A stretch of 64,000 bases of DNA from an uncultured Verrucomicrobiota bacterium (lineage in GTDB: Bacteria > Verrucomicrobiota > Verrucomicrobiia > Verrucomicrobiales > Verrucomicrobiaceae). Both the position numbers and the translations under genes were made by a program. This document shows positions 25,525-35,311 of this stretch, piece after piece (the stretch's first letter is position 1; every line of letters begins with the position of its first letter). The stretch is from assembly GCA_903838675.1 (NCBI GenBank), contig CAILZI010000111.1, positions 224-64,223 on the forward strand. Direction: 5' to 3'. The notes beneath the pieces were generated by a model, which did not search any database, was not told the DNA's origin, and worked only from the letters and a program-made list of their open reading frames with translations.

Positions 25525-26520
25525 ATGAAACAGTTTCTCCTCTCTTTGCTTGCCGCGTCCGGCCTGATGGCTGCCGACCACGTCGTCTATGAACCCGCCG
25601 GTATGGCGAAAGGGAAGCACATTGTGCTGCTCTCTGGCGATGAGGAGTACCGCAGTGAGGAGGCCATGCCCATGCTCGGCAAGATCCTCAGCCAGCGCCA
25701 CGGCTTCAAATGCACCGTGCTCTTCAGCCTCGGAGCCGATGGCACGATCGATCCTAACAACGGCACCAGCCTGAGCCATCCCGAGGCGCTGGATTCCGCC
25801 GATGCCATCGTCATGCTGCTGCGCTTCCGCCACTGGGATGAGGCCACCAGCAAGAAATTTGAAGCCGCCGTGAACCGTGGCGTGCCGATCATCGGCCTGC
25901 GCACCAGCACGCATGCCTTCAACGGCTACGCGAAGGACAGCCCCTTTGCGGCGTGGAACTTCAACAACGACGGCGGCTGGGGCCGCAAATTCCTCGGCGA
26001 GACCTGGGTCAGCCACTGGGGCAAGCACAAGTCTGAAGCCACCAAGGGCATCATCGAAGCCGCGAACGCGAATCATCCCGTGCTGCGTGGTGTCAGCGAT
26101 CTCTTTGCCAACACCGATGTCTATGAAGCCGCTCCGCCCGCTGATGCCGTGATCTTGGTGAGGGGTCAGATTCTCCAAGGCATGACCGCCGACACGCCAC
26201 CGGCGAGCTACACGAAGGCCACTGCCGCCAAGGTGGAGCAGGATGTGAATACACCCATGATGCCCGTGGCCTGGCTACGCGTGGTGAAGAACGACGCCGG
26301 CACCGCAAACAAAATCCTCGCCACGACGATGGGCGCCGCCACCGACCTCAGCAACGAAGGCCTGCGCCGCCTTGTTGTGAACGGGGTCTTCTGGGGCCTC
26401 GGGCAGGAAGTGCCGGAGAAGGCGGATGTTTCCATCGTGGGTGAGTACAAGCCCACAATGTACGGCTTCGGCGGCTTCCAAAAGGGCGTGAAGCCGGAGA
26501 GTTTTGAGCTGGCGAAGTAG
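25525..26520 (+). CDS. Exported ThuA-like domain protein
   Basis: HIVLLSGDEEYRSEE, GLRTSTHAF, GETWVSHWG, RRLVVNGVFW; signal peptide from ATG 25525. Confidence 0.75.
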   Translation: MKQFLLSLLAASGLMAADHVVYEPAGMAKGKHIVLLSGDEEYRSEEAMPMLGKILSQRHGFKCTVLFSLGADGTIDPNNGTSLSHPEALDSADAIVMLLRFRHWDEATSKKFEAAVNRGVPIIGLRTSTHAFNGYAKDSPFAAWNFNNDGGWGRKFLGETWVSHWGKHKSEATKGIIEAANANHPVLRGVSDLFANTDVYEAAPPADAVILVRGQILQGMTADTPPASYTKATAAKVEQDVNTPMMPVAWLRVVKNDAGTANKILATTMGAATDLSNEGLRRLVVNGVFWGLGQEVPEKADVSIVGEYKPTMYGFGGFQKGVKPESFELAK

Positions 26521-26523
26521 TTT

Positions 26524-27300
26524 TTACTTCAGCTCAAACACAAAAGGCAGTCCCTGCGCGGTCATCATGGCTTTTTCCTTGGCCATGAAGCGTTCGGCGA
26601 GTTTGGTGAAGCTGCCGTCGGTGCGCATGCGGGCCAGGACTGCGTTGACCTTGGTCTTGAGTTCGTCATTGCCCTGCTTCAAGCCGACGGCCCAGACTTC
26701 CTCGCGCAGCGGGGCGAGCAGGGCGCGCGTCTTCCCTTCGTATTTGGCGTGGTAGTTCATGATCGAGAGCTGATCGTAGATCCAGGCATCGACGCTCGAA
26801 TTCACCACTTCCATCACGCAGGACACATCGGCATCCAGGGCGATGATTTTGGCGTCTTTGAGGTTTTCCCGCGCCCAGCTTTCACCCGTGGTGCCGAGGC
26901 GGACGACGACCTTGCGGCCCGGTGTTTTCAAATCGGCTGCGCTTTGAATCGTGGAGCTGTTGGCGACGAGAACGGCAAGACCCGTTTTCACGTAGGGCTC
27001 GGAGAAGTCGATGGATTTGCGCCGTTCGGGTGTGGCCGTCATCGCCGAAAGCACGAGGTCGATGGAGCCGGTGCGCAGCGCGGTGACGAGGCCGTCGAAG
27101 TTGATGTTGCGGAACTCCACCTCACGTCCGAGCGCCTTGCCGATTTCGCGCCCCACCTCGATGTCCACACCGCTGATCTGGCCTGATGAATCAACGAACT
27201 CAAACGGCGGATAGGTCGCATCGGTGCCGATGATGAGCTTGTTGCTGCGTGAGCAGGCGCAGAGGGTGAAAAACAGGCTGAGGACGAGGTATCGAAGCAT
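26524..27300 (-). CDS. Polar amino-acid ABC substrate-binding lipoprotein (family 3), with no transporter genes adjacent
   Basis: LCAC lipobox, IGTDATYPPFE, GVDIE, ALRTGSIDLVLSAMTATPERRKSIDFSEPY. Confidence 0.9.
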   Translation of the reverse strand: MLRYLVLSLFFTLCACSRSNKLIIGTDATYPPFEFVDSSGQISGVDIEVGREIGKALGREVEFRNINFDGLVTALRTGSIDLVLSAMTATPERRKSIDFSEPYVKTGLAVLVANSSTIQSAADLKTPGRKVVVRLGTTGESWARENLKDAKIIALDADVSCVMEVVNSSVDAWIYDQLSIMNYHAKYEGKTRALLAPLREEVWAVGLKQGNDELKTKVNAVLARMRTDGSFTKLAERFMAKEKAMMTAQGLPFVFELK

Positions 27301-27308
27301 GGGATCAA

Positions 27309-29261
27309 TCAGGAGTTCAAATCACCGGCATAGTCGCTCGGCATGCGCCAGTCGCTACGCGGAGAGAGGGCCACGGAGCCGACCTTGGGGCCGTCCGGCA
27401 CGCTGGAGCGCTTGAACTGGTTTTGGGCGAAGCGTTTGAAGAAAAGCGCGAGCCACTTGGCGATGGTTTCATCGTCGTATTTGCCGGCAAAAGCCTGCGC
27501 CGCGAGCCAGCGGATTTTCTCGGCGTTGCTGCCATGGCGCACGAAATGGAACAGGAAGAAATCATGCAGCTCATACGGGCCGACGGTGTCCTCGGTCTTC
27601 TGTTGAAGCGATTCATCTGCGGCGAGAGGCAGCAGCTCGGGGGAGATCGGCGTGTCGGCGATGTCCAGCAGGATGGCACCTGCTTTTTCGGCGAAGGGGC
27701 CGGCGGCGCACCACTCGATGAGGTAGCGCACCAGGGTCTTCGGCACGCCAGAGTTCACATGATACATGGACATGTGGTCGCCATTGAAGGTGCACCAGCC
27801 CAGCGCTGCCTCGGAGAGATCGCCCGTGCCCACGACGATGCCGCCGGTCTTGTTGGCGAGGTCCATGAGGATCTGCGTGCGCTCACGGGCCTGTGAGTTC
27901 TCGTAAGTCGCGTCATGCTGATGTTCCGAATGACCGATGTCCGCAAAGTGCTGATGCACGGCGTCATTGATCGAGATGGTGCGCAGTTCGATGTTTAGCG
28001 CGTCGGCGAGTTTTTCGGCATTGCCCTTTGTTCGTGTGGTGGTGCCGAAGCCTGGCATCGTGACCGTCAGCGCGGCGGTCGTCGGCATGCCCGCACGTTT
28101 CAAGGCTTCGAGCATTACTAACAATGCGAGTGTGGAATCGAGTCCGCCGGAGAGTCCGAGCACGGCGGTTTTGGCGCGTGCTTGTTTCAATCTGCGGGCG
28201 AGACCGGTGGCCTGAATGGCGAAGATTTCCTCGCACACCGCCGCACGATCGACTTTGGCCGAGGGCACAAAAGGATGAGCTGAGATCGGGCGCAGAAGTC
28301 TGTCATCACCGCCGAGGGCTGCGCCGAGACTGAACGCGACACGCCGGAAGCCGATGCTGCCTGCTTCATCGCGGAAGGCGGAACTCTTCAGGCGGTCGTG
28401 CGCCAGCTGGTGCAGATCGACATCGGTGACGATGGCGCGGGTCTCGAAGGAGAAGCGTTCGGTTTCACCAAGAAGTATGCCATTTTCAGCCACGATGCCA
28501 TGGCCCGAGTACACCACGTCCGTGGTCGACTCACCCGCGCCTGCTCCGGCATAGACATAGGCTGCCAGACAGCGTGCCGCCTGCTGTGCCACGAGGTGGC
28601 GGCGGTAGGGGGCCTTGCCGAGAACTTCGGTGCTGGCGGATGGATTGGCCAGCAGCGTGGCTCCGGCGAGTGAGAGATGGCAGGATGGTGGAATCACCGT
28701 CCACAAGTCCTCGCAGATTTCCACACCGAGCACGAAGCCCGGGACATCCAGCACCTCAAACAGCAGCTCCGCGCCGATGGCGACATCCTGGTCATTCAAG
28801 CGCAGGGTTGAAACGTTCAGCGTATGAGAAGGCGAGAACCAACGGCGCTCGTAGAACTCCGCAGAGTTTGGCAGAAAGGTCTTGGGCACCAGTCCGAGCA
28901 GGCGGCCTTTGGCCAGCACCGCCGCCATGTTGTAAAGGCGGTCCTGCACGCGCAGGGGCAGACCTACTACCAGCACGCATGGCAGATCCTGGGTGGCCTG
29001 CACGAGTTCTGCCAGGCCCTTCACGCTCGCATCCAGCAGTGCGGTGGTGTGAAACAGATCGGCGCAGGAGTAGCCGGTGAGGCTCAGCTCCGGGAACACC
29101 ACCAGCCGGCAGCCGCGCTGCGCCAGCGTGCGCGCTTCACGGGCGAGGATCGCGACATTCTTCATCACATCCCCCAGCACCAGTTCCGGGGACACGGCAG
29201 CGACGCGTACAAAGCCAAGGCGTTCGCGCGTGGTGATCGGGGTGGGGGATGCTTGCGGCAT
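27309..29261 (-). CDS. nadE: Glutamine-dependent NAD+ synthetase
   Basis: Nitrilase-type glutaminase domain (VFPELSLTGY, VPKTFLPN, EICEDLW) plus synthetase domain (LGLSGGLDST, TYENSQARERT, GTGDLSE, NSGVPKT, QFKRS). Confidence 0.95.
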   Translation of the reverse strand: MPQASPTPITTRERLGFVRVAAVSPELVLGDVMKNVAILAREARTLAQRGCRLVVFPELSLTGYSCADLFHTTALLDASVKGLAELVQATQDLPCVLVVGLPLRVQDRLYNMAAVLAKGRLLGLVPKTFLPNSAEFYERRWFSPSHTLNVSTLRLNDQDVAIGAELLFEVLDVPGFVLGVEICEDLWTVIPPSCHLSLAGATLLANPSASTEVLGKAPYRRHLVAQQAARCLAAYVYAGAGAGESTTDVVYSGHGIVAENGILLGETERFSFETRAIVTDVDLHQLAHDRLKSSAFRDEAGSIGFRRVAFSLGAALGGDDRLLRPISAHPFVPSAKVDRAAVCEEIFAIQATGLARRLKQARAKTAVLGLSGGLDSTLALLVMLEALKRAGMPTTAALTVTMPGFGTTTRTKGNAEKLADALNIELRTISINDAVHQHFADIGHSEHQHDATYENSQARERTQILMDLANKTGGIVVGTGDLSEAALGWCTFNGDHMSMYHVNSGVPKTLVRYLIEWCAAGPFAEKAGAILLDIADTPISPELLPLAADESLQQKTEDTVGPYELHDFFLFHFVRHGSNAEKIRWLAAQAFAGKYDDETIAKWLALFFKRFAQNQFKRSSVPDGPKVGSVALSPRSDWRMPSDYAGDLNS

Positions 29262-29341
29262 GGGGGAACCTAGCACGCGGGGTTTGGGGTGCGCGAGGAG
29301 TAAGTTCAAAGGTGCCGAGTGTGGCGCGGGTGCTTAGCATG

Positions 29342-29758
29342 TTATTCCACCATGCGCGCCTTTAGCTCCGCCGTGGGCATCATGCAAGATTCATCTTTGC
29401 CGAACCAGCGGTAGCGGTTGCGGGCGATGAAGTGGTAGGCGGCGTCGCGCAGGGCACGTGGCAGGGTTTTGAAGATGAGTGCGAGCTTCCACAGTCCACC
29501 GAGCGTGCGGGCGATTTCGAGGACTGCGTCGCTGGCTTTAAAAGCGCCCTGCGGGGTGAGAAAAAGCATCGCGTTTGGCGCTGCGGGATCGAGACCGTGC
29601 TGTGCGTAGAGCTGGCTGCCCATGGGGCTTTGAATCGGCGCGAATTTGATTTTACCAAGCGGATCACGCTTCACGATGAAGCGCACGCTGGCATCGCAGA
29701 GATGGCAGACGCCATCAAAGAGCAGGAGGTGGTCGTGGCTGGGATCGTAGTGGGGCAC
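29342..29758 (-). CDS. DCC1-like thiol-disulfide oxidoreductase (DUF393)
   Basis: LLFDGVCHLC (DxxCxxC), FAPIQS, YHFIARNRYRWFG. Confidence 0.9.
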   Translation of the reverse strand: MPHYDPSHDHLLLFDGVCHLCDASVRFIVKRDPLGKIKFAPIQSPMGSQLYAQHGLDPAAPNAMLFLTPQGAFKASDAVLEIARTLGGLWKLALIFKTLPRALRDAAYHFIARNRYRWFGKDESCMMPTAELKARMVE

Positions 29759-29760
29759 GG

Positions 29761-30435
29761 CTAGTCGATCTTACGACTGTCCGGTGCCGTTGGCGCGGCC
29801 GAAAACCAAAAGAGGTAGGCGAAGATCAGCAGGGTGCCAAAGCCAAGGGTAAAACCCCAGGTGCGGGTATGTGCCAGGGGATGGAGAATGTAGGAGGCGA
29901 TGCGGGTGAGCAGAGAAGCGGGCCGGTGCAGGAGGTCCCAGCTGTTCCAGCGGTCAAAGCGGCCGAGGTAAACACCAAAGCCGCTCAATGCGAGCGAACC
30001 CAGCGTGACACACCAGGCGGTGGCGTGGGAAAATTTCCGCACAAACCAGTGCTGGACGATGTGCAGCGACTGAAAACCGAACCAGAGCGCGACGAAGGCA
30101 AAGGAGAGCAGCATGAGGAGATCGAGCCACTTGGGGACGTTGCCGTTGTGTTCATTGAGATGAATCAGGTCGGTGAGGACGTAGGGAGCATTGGGGAAGA
30201 ACAGCAGCCAGACCGCCAGCAGCGGCAGCGCCAGTACGAGGCGATTGATCTGGCGCAGGCCGAGGCTGAGGCCGAGCGGGATGGCCGCCAGGAAGAGATT
30301 CCACAGCATGAAGTCGTAGTAATAATGTCCGGCGAGATGGAAGCGCAGGTTCAGCACAATGCAGCACCACAGGCAGGCAAAGAGATTCAGCAAAAAGACG
30401 CGGGTGGACATGGCTGGCTCAACGATACGCTTCAA
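29761..30435 (-). CDS. DUF1361 family membrane protein
   Basis: WNLFLAAIP, WLLFFPNAPYVLTDLIHL, GVYLGRFDRWNSWD. Confidence 0.88.
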   Translation of the reverse strand: MKRIVEPAMSTRVFLLNLFACLWCCIVLNLRFHLAGHYYYDFMLWNLFLAAIPLGLSLGLRQINRLVLALPLLAVWLLFFPNAPYVLTDLIHLNEHNGNVPKWLDLLMLLSFAFVALWFGFQSLHIVQHWFVRKFSHATAWCVTLGSLALSGFGVYLGRFDRWNSWDLLHRPASLLTRIASYILHPLAHTRTWGFTLGFGTLLIFAYLFWFSAAPTAPDSRKID

Positions 30436-30576
30436 TGCGCGATCACGGCAAGTGGTGGTCGATTTATGAAGATGAATTCACGCTGGGTTCACGGGAAATT
30501 CATACGAAGGACTGCCGCAACCTCCTCTTTTAAGGTTTGTCTTGATTTAGGTGTGCTTATTACAATCTTGCTCAAA

Positions 30577-31074
30577 ATGAGTCGTCTCTGCCGAAGCTGC
30601 CTATTCGTTGCAATCCTTACGCTTGCTACATTGACTGTGGCTGAGGATGAAAAGACACCGTTGCAATCCAAGATCACTCAAAAAGGAAACAATCGTACGA
30701 CTGTTTGGTCTCGGGGCAAAGAACGTGTAATGCTTAGTCTTGAGTCATCTACAAAAGGAGACGGAGTTTACGACCGACTCATTGAAGCTTTCTATTTGAA
30801 CGGTAATCAAGTATTCACCTGCTCGCATTTTAAACCATCGCCACCAGGAAGGATGTACTTGTCAAATCGGGGCATGGAAGGGCCTTTCATTTTCAGTGGC
30901 AGCATAGGAATCAACTTTCCGGAAGAAGTCTTATTCATTGGGAATCCGTTCGTGGAGCAATTTGAATGTTTTGCTTTTGAAAACGGACGGCATCGGCCAA
31001 TGACATTACCAGAGCGAGAGCAGCTCAAGAAAAGAATGTCTGAGTTTTTTCCAAATCAGCCTGCGGAGAAATAA
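30577..31074 (+). CDS. Hypothetical exported protein (AT-rich)
   Basis: 3' part of the 401-aa track ORF; signal-like MSRLCRSCLFVAILTLATLTVA; codon usage unlike neighbours. Confidence 0.6.
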   Translation: MSRLCRSCLFVAILTLATLTVAEDEKTPLQSKITQKGNNRTTVWSRGKERVMLSLESSTKGDGVYDRLIEAFYLNGNQVFTCSHFKPSPPGRMYLSNRGMEGPFIFSGSIGINFPEEVLFIGNPFVEQFECFAFENGRHRPMTLPEREQLKKRMSEFFPNQPAEK

Positions 31075-31087
31075 AAAAGCCAGGTTC

Positions 31088-32161
31088 TCAAGCCGCCACT
31101 TTACGCCGATTCTTCGCCGCCTTGAGCTGGCCGCAGCCAGCCGCCACATCGATGCCCCGGCGCTGGCGGATGGTGCAGGGAAATCCGGCTTCCTGAAGGA
31201 TGCGGTGGAAGGTGTCGGCTGAGCTGTCGCTGCTTTCGGTGCCGGTGTAACCGTCGGTGCGGTTGAGGGGGATGAGATTGATGTGGGCGTCCAGGCCGTG
31301 GAGCAGCTCGGCGATCCGCTGCGCGTGCTGGGGCGTGTCGTTGACGCCTTCGATCAAGGTCCAGGCAAAGAAGATGCGGCGGCCGGTCTGCGCATTGTAG
31401 CTGCGGCACGCGGCGATGAGATCGGCCAGGGGCCAGCGCTGATTGGCGGGGATCAGTTTGGCGCGTTCCTCCTCCGTGGCGGCATGGAGACTGACGGCGA
31501 GGTTGTAGGGCCGCTTTTCCGCCGCCATGCGCAGGATGCCAGGCACGACGCCGACGGTGGAGACGCTGATCTTGCTGGGGCCGATGTTCAGGCCCCGGGT
31601 GTCGCAGATGATGTCGAGGGCGGTCATCACGGCGTCGTAATTGTGAAGGGGCTCGCCCATGCCCATGAAGACGAGATTGCGCAGGCCTTTTTTCTCACCT
31701 TTGGCGCGCACGGCGCGCTGGGCATGCAGCACCTGGGCCACGATTTCGCCGGGCCGAAGATGCCGCACGAAACCCATCTGGCCGGTGGCGCAAAAGACGC
31801 AGCCCATGGCGCAGCCCGCCTGGGTGCTGACGCAGGCGGTGTGGCGGCCGGTGTAGCCCATGATGACGGTCTCGATCTCCTGCGCATCCGCCATGCGGAG
31901 GAGGAACTTGTGCGTCAAACCATCGCTGCTGGGGGTGTCCAAAGAGACGGGCGGGACATCGAGCGTCCAGGAGCCGTCGCCGAGCACCTGCGTGAGCCAT
32001 TTGCGCAGGGGGGGGAGGAGATCCTCGCGGGCGAGGGGATCCGCCATCGCTTTGAAGTGCAGGGTGTTCCAAAGTGTGCCGGCATGAGCCGGACGCAGGC
32101 CTGCCGCCACGATCTGCTCACGCAGCTGGTCAAAGGTCAGGTCATGGAATGATTGTGGCAT
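31088..32161 (-). CDS. rlmN: RlmN-family radical SAM RNA methyltransferase
   Basis: CVSTQAGCAMGCVFCATG (CxxxCxxC), FMGMGEPL, LAVSLHA, INLIPLN, RRGIDVAAGCGQL. Confidence 0.92.
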   Translation of the reverse strand: MPQSFHDLTFDQLREQIVAAGLRPAHAGTLWNTLHFKAMADPLAREDLLPPLRKWLTQVLGDGSWTLDVPPVSLDTPSSDGLTHKFLLRMADAQEIETVIMGYTGRHTACVSTQAGCAMGCVFCATGQMGFVRHLRPGEIVAQVLHAQRAVRAKGEKKGLRNLVFMGMGEPLHNYDAVMTALDIICDTRGLNIGPSKISVSTVGVVPGILRMAAEKRPYNLAVSLHAATEEERAKLIPANQRWPLADLIAACRSYNAQTGRRIFFAWTLIEGVNDTPQHAQRIAELLHGLDAHINLIPLNRTDGYTGTESSDSSADTFHRILQEAGFPCTIRQRRGIDVAAGCGQLKAAKNRRKVAA

Positions 32162-32778
32162 CAGGTGAGGTAGGGATTCTCGCGCTTCTCACGGCCGATG
32201 GTGGTGTCGTCGCCGTGGCCGGGGTAGACGCGGGTGGCATCAGGCAGGACGAACAGCTTCTTAATAATGCCGCTGAGCAGCAGGGCTCCGGAGCCATTGG
32301 GGAAGTCGGTGCGACCGACACTGTCCAGAAAGAGAACGTCGCCGCCAAAGAGGAGATTTTGGGATGGGAGATGGAAGCAGAGACTGTCCGGAGAATGGCC
32401 GGGTACGTGGTAAAGTTTCCAAGTCTCGCCGAGGACTTCGATCTGGCTTTTGCCTTCGAGGACTTCATCGACCTCAAAAGGTGGGACGGAGAAGGGGCTG
32501 CCCGTCACGGCTCCGTAGAGGATTTCCAGCGTCAGTTCGCGTGAGTAGGAGGCAAAGGAGTAAACCCGGCAGCCGTGCTCCGCTTTAAGAGTGGCGGCGT
32601 CAAGGACATGGTCAAAGTGCTGATGAGTAAGGAATAGCACGTCCACCTTCACTTTTTGCTTCTTGAGCCAGGCTGAGATGCCGTCAGGCGCATCCACGAG
32701 GAGGGTGCCCCCGGGCAGGGTAAGAAGGTGGCCGTTCGTGGCGGCGATGCCGCCGGTGTAGGTGGAGATTTCAGGCAT
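32161..32778 (-). CDS. MBL-fold metallo-hydrolase (glyoxalase II-like)
   Basis: LTHQHFDH, VPGHSPD, GDVLF...GRTDFP, YPGHG, EKRENPYL; TGA/ATG overlap with rlmN. Confidence 0.9.
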   Translation of the reverse strand: MPEISTYTGGIAATNGHLLTLPGGTLLVDAPDGISAWLKKQKVKVDVLFLTHQHFDHVLDAATLKAEHGCRVYSFASYSRELTLEILYGAVTGSPFSVPPFEVDEVLEGKSQIEVLGETWKLYHVPGHSPDSLCFHLPSQNLLFGGDVLFLDSVGRTDFPNGSGALLLSGIIKKLFVLPDATRVYPGHGDDTTIGREKRENPYLT

Positions 32779-32885
32779 GGAGAAGGCGAAAGACGGGAAA
32801 GAGTTGGACATTTCAACCCATAAAAGGCAAAATCTGGAAGCAAAACGCGCCGCGAGGTTCGTTATTGATTCGGACGACCCCCACC

Positions 32886-35267
32886 ATGACTCGCTACCTA
32901 CTCTCCCCCGTCGCGGCTGCGGCCACCGCCCTCGCGCTCCTTATTCCTGCAGCGCAAGCGGAAACCAATTTTGGCCAGGTGGCCATGCACGTGGCCTACA
33001 TGCTGCAAAACCACCATTACTCGAAGCAGGACTTTGATGACAAGGTGTCTGGCGAGATGCTGCACAACTATCTGAACATGCTCGACTTCAAGCACATCTT
33101 CTTCACCGAGCAGGATGTCGCGGGCTTCAAGGACAAGTATGAGACCACGCTCGACGACCATGTGCTGATGCGGAACATCAGCCCGGCCATCGAGATCTAC
33201 GACATCTACAAACAGCGCGTGAAGGAGCGCGTGGACTTCCTCAAGAAGGCGCTGGAGACCAACAAGTTCACCTTTGACTCAAAGCGATCCATCGAGATCA
33301 AGCGTGATAAGGCCCCTTGGCCTAAGGACAAAGCCGCGCAGGACAAGCTGTGGCTCGACATCATCGAAGACAATCTTCTGGCAGAGCGCATCGCCGATGA
33401 GACGCGCGAGCGTGATGAAAAAAAGAAGGCTGAAAAGGCTGCCGCCAAAAAAGCCGGCACCGCCGAGGCCAAGAGCGAGAGCGTGCCTGATGACAAAAAG
33501 GTGGCCGAAGCTCCCAAGCCGGCAGCCGAAGGAGACAAGACTCCCAAAGTGGCTGCCAAAAAGGACAAGGACGAAAAGGATCTGACCCCCAAGGAGCGCG
33601 TGCTCAAAGACTACACTCGCCTGCTTGAGAGCATCGACGAGAACGACACCAAGGACGTGGTGAACTTCTTCCTTTCCAGCCTTGCCACCGCCTATGATCC
33701 GCACACCGAGTACATGAGCACGGATGAGAGCGACAACTTCAAGATCCACATGCAGCACAAGCTCGTGGGCATCGGCGCCTTGCTCGGCCAGAAAGATGAT
33801 GGCGCAGAAATTCAGGGCATCGTCGTCGGTGGTCCTGCTGACAAACAGGGGCAGCTCAAGCTCAATGACCGCATCATCGCCGTCGCCCAGGGAGACGACG
33901 AGTTCGTCGATGTGAAGTATCTGAAGCTGCAGAAGATCGTCGATATGATCCGTGGTGAAAAGAGCACCACTGTCCGCATTAAGATTGTCCCGGCTGATGA
34001 CCCCTCCGGAACACGCATCATCGCCATCGTTCGTGATGAAGTTCCGCTCAAAGAGAAGCTCGCCAACGCCGAACTCCTCGTCACCCCGCCGGATCTCGGC
34101 AAGACGCTCAGAGTCGGCTGGATCAACCTGTCCAATTTCTACGCCGACATGGAAAACAACACGGTCAGCACAAGTGTTGACGTGGAGCGCCTGCTGCGTC
34201 GTCTGATGAAGGAAAAAATCGACGGCCTTGTGCTGGATCTGCGCGACAACGGTGGTGGCTCCCTGGATGAAGCCATCAAGCTCACCGGTCTCTTCATTCC
34301 TGCCGGCCCCGTGGTGCAGGCCAAGGACTGGCGCGGCAGCATCACCTGGCGTGACTGCGAAAATGAGAAGCCTGTGTATGACGGCCCCATGATCGTCCTC
34401 ATCAACAAGGCCAGCGCCTCGGCTTCTGAGATTTTGGCGGCGGCGCTGCAGGACTACCGTCGTGCACTCATCGTGGGGGACAAGTCCTCCTTCGGCAAAG
34501 GCACCGTGCAGACCATCCTCCCGGTTGAGCGTTACATGCCTTTCTTCAGCGACAAAAAGGGCGCTGGTGACCTCAAGGTGACGATTCAGAAGTTCTACCG
34601 CATCGCCGGTGGTTCCACCCAGCTCAAAGGTGTTGAATCCGACATTCCACTTCCTTCGATCCGCGACGTGCTGGACATCGGCGAATCCTCCGCTGAAAAT
34701 CCGCTGCCCTACGACACCATCCCCCCCCGGAAATATCCCCTCTTCCGCAAGGATGCGTTCCCGATCGACGAAATCAACGCTCGTGTGAAGAGCCGGGTCG
34801 CCGCAAATCCGGAGTTCCAAAACGTGGTCGAAGAGTCCAAGCGCCTGAAGGAAAAAATCGACAAGAACACCGTCTCTTTGAACCTGCAGGAGCGTGAGAA
34901 GGAACGCACCGACACCGAAGCTCGCCGTGACAAGCAGACTGAGGAACGGGCAAAGCGCGCCAAGGAAGTCGCGGAGCGCATCAAAGACAATGGCTTCAAG
35001 GCCTATCACCTCACGCTCGACAACGTGGACAAGGCGGATCTGGTGCCTGAGTCTGCCTTCAGCAAGGAAATGAATTCCGGCATGCGCACGGCCTCCAAGG
35101 ATGACGACAGCGGCAATGACGAGTCCAAGTTCCCCTATGCTGTTGAGCCCGTGAAACTGGAGACGATTCATATCCTGCGTGATCTGCTCGAACTTGATCA
35201 CAAGCCCACCACTGCGGCCAAGACCGAGGACAAATCACAGGTCAGCACCAAGCCTCAGGCGCAGTAA
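32886..35267 (+). CDS. prc: Carboxy-terminal processing protease (S41A, Prc/Tsp type)
   Basis: YDPHTEY, PDZ GIGALL, LDLRDNGGGSL, catalytic SASASEI and GKGTVQ, QKFYRIAGGSTQLKGV. Confidence 0.92.
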   Translation: MTRYLLSPVAAAATALALLIPAAQAETNFGQVAMHVAYMLQNHHYSKQDFDDKVSGEMLHNYLNMLDFKHIFFTEQDVAGFKDKYETTLDDHVLMRNISPAIEIYDIYKQRVKERVDFLKKALETNKFTFDSKRSIEIKRDKAPWPKDKAAQDKLWLDIIEDNLLAERIADETRERDEKKKAEKAAAKKAGTAEAKSESVPDDKKVAEAPKPAAEGDKTPKVAAKKDKDEKDLTPKERVLKDYTRLLESIDENDTKDVVNFFLSSLATAYDPHTEYMSTDESDNFKIHMQHKLVGIGALLGQKDDGAEIQGIVVGGPADKQGQLKLNDRIIAVAQGDDEFVDVKYLKLQKIVDMIRGEKSTTVRIKIVPADDPSGTRIIAIVRDEVPLKEKLANAELLVTPPDLGKTLRVGWINLSNFYADMENNTVSTSVDVERLLRRLMKEKIDGLVLDLRDNGGGSLDEAIKLTGLFIPAGPVVQAKDWRGSITWRDCENEKPVYDGPMIVLINKASASASEILAAALQDYRRALIVGDKSSFGKGTVQTILPVERYMPFFSDKKGAGDLKVTIQKFYRIAGGSTQLKGVESDIPLPSIRDVLDIGESSAENPLPYDTIPPRKYPLFRKDAFPIDEINARVKSRVAANPEFQNVVEESKRLKEKIDKNTVSLNLQEREKERTDTEARRDKQTEERAKRAKEVAERIKDNGFKAYHLTLDNVDKADLVPESAFSKEMNSGMRTASKDDDSGNDESKFPYAVEPVKLETIHILRDLLELDHKPTTAAKTEDKSQVSTKPQAQ

Positions 35268-35311
35268 CTGCCAGCCTGTCCTCCGAAGTTCTCACACATT
35301 CCACTGGTAGC

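Noticed and set aside
30513-30521. Orphan rlmN 3' tail (VAA) left of the 30577 ORF
   Set aside because: Only three codons match and no stop aligns; within chance.
29869-30576. N-terminal 236 codons of the 401-aa ORF 29869-31074
   Set aside because: Mostly antisense to the DUF1361 gene; only the part from ATG 30577 looks like a real protein.
31088-32161. Cfr resistance methyltransferase
   Set aside because: MGMGEPL and the surrounding motifs are RlmN-type.
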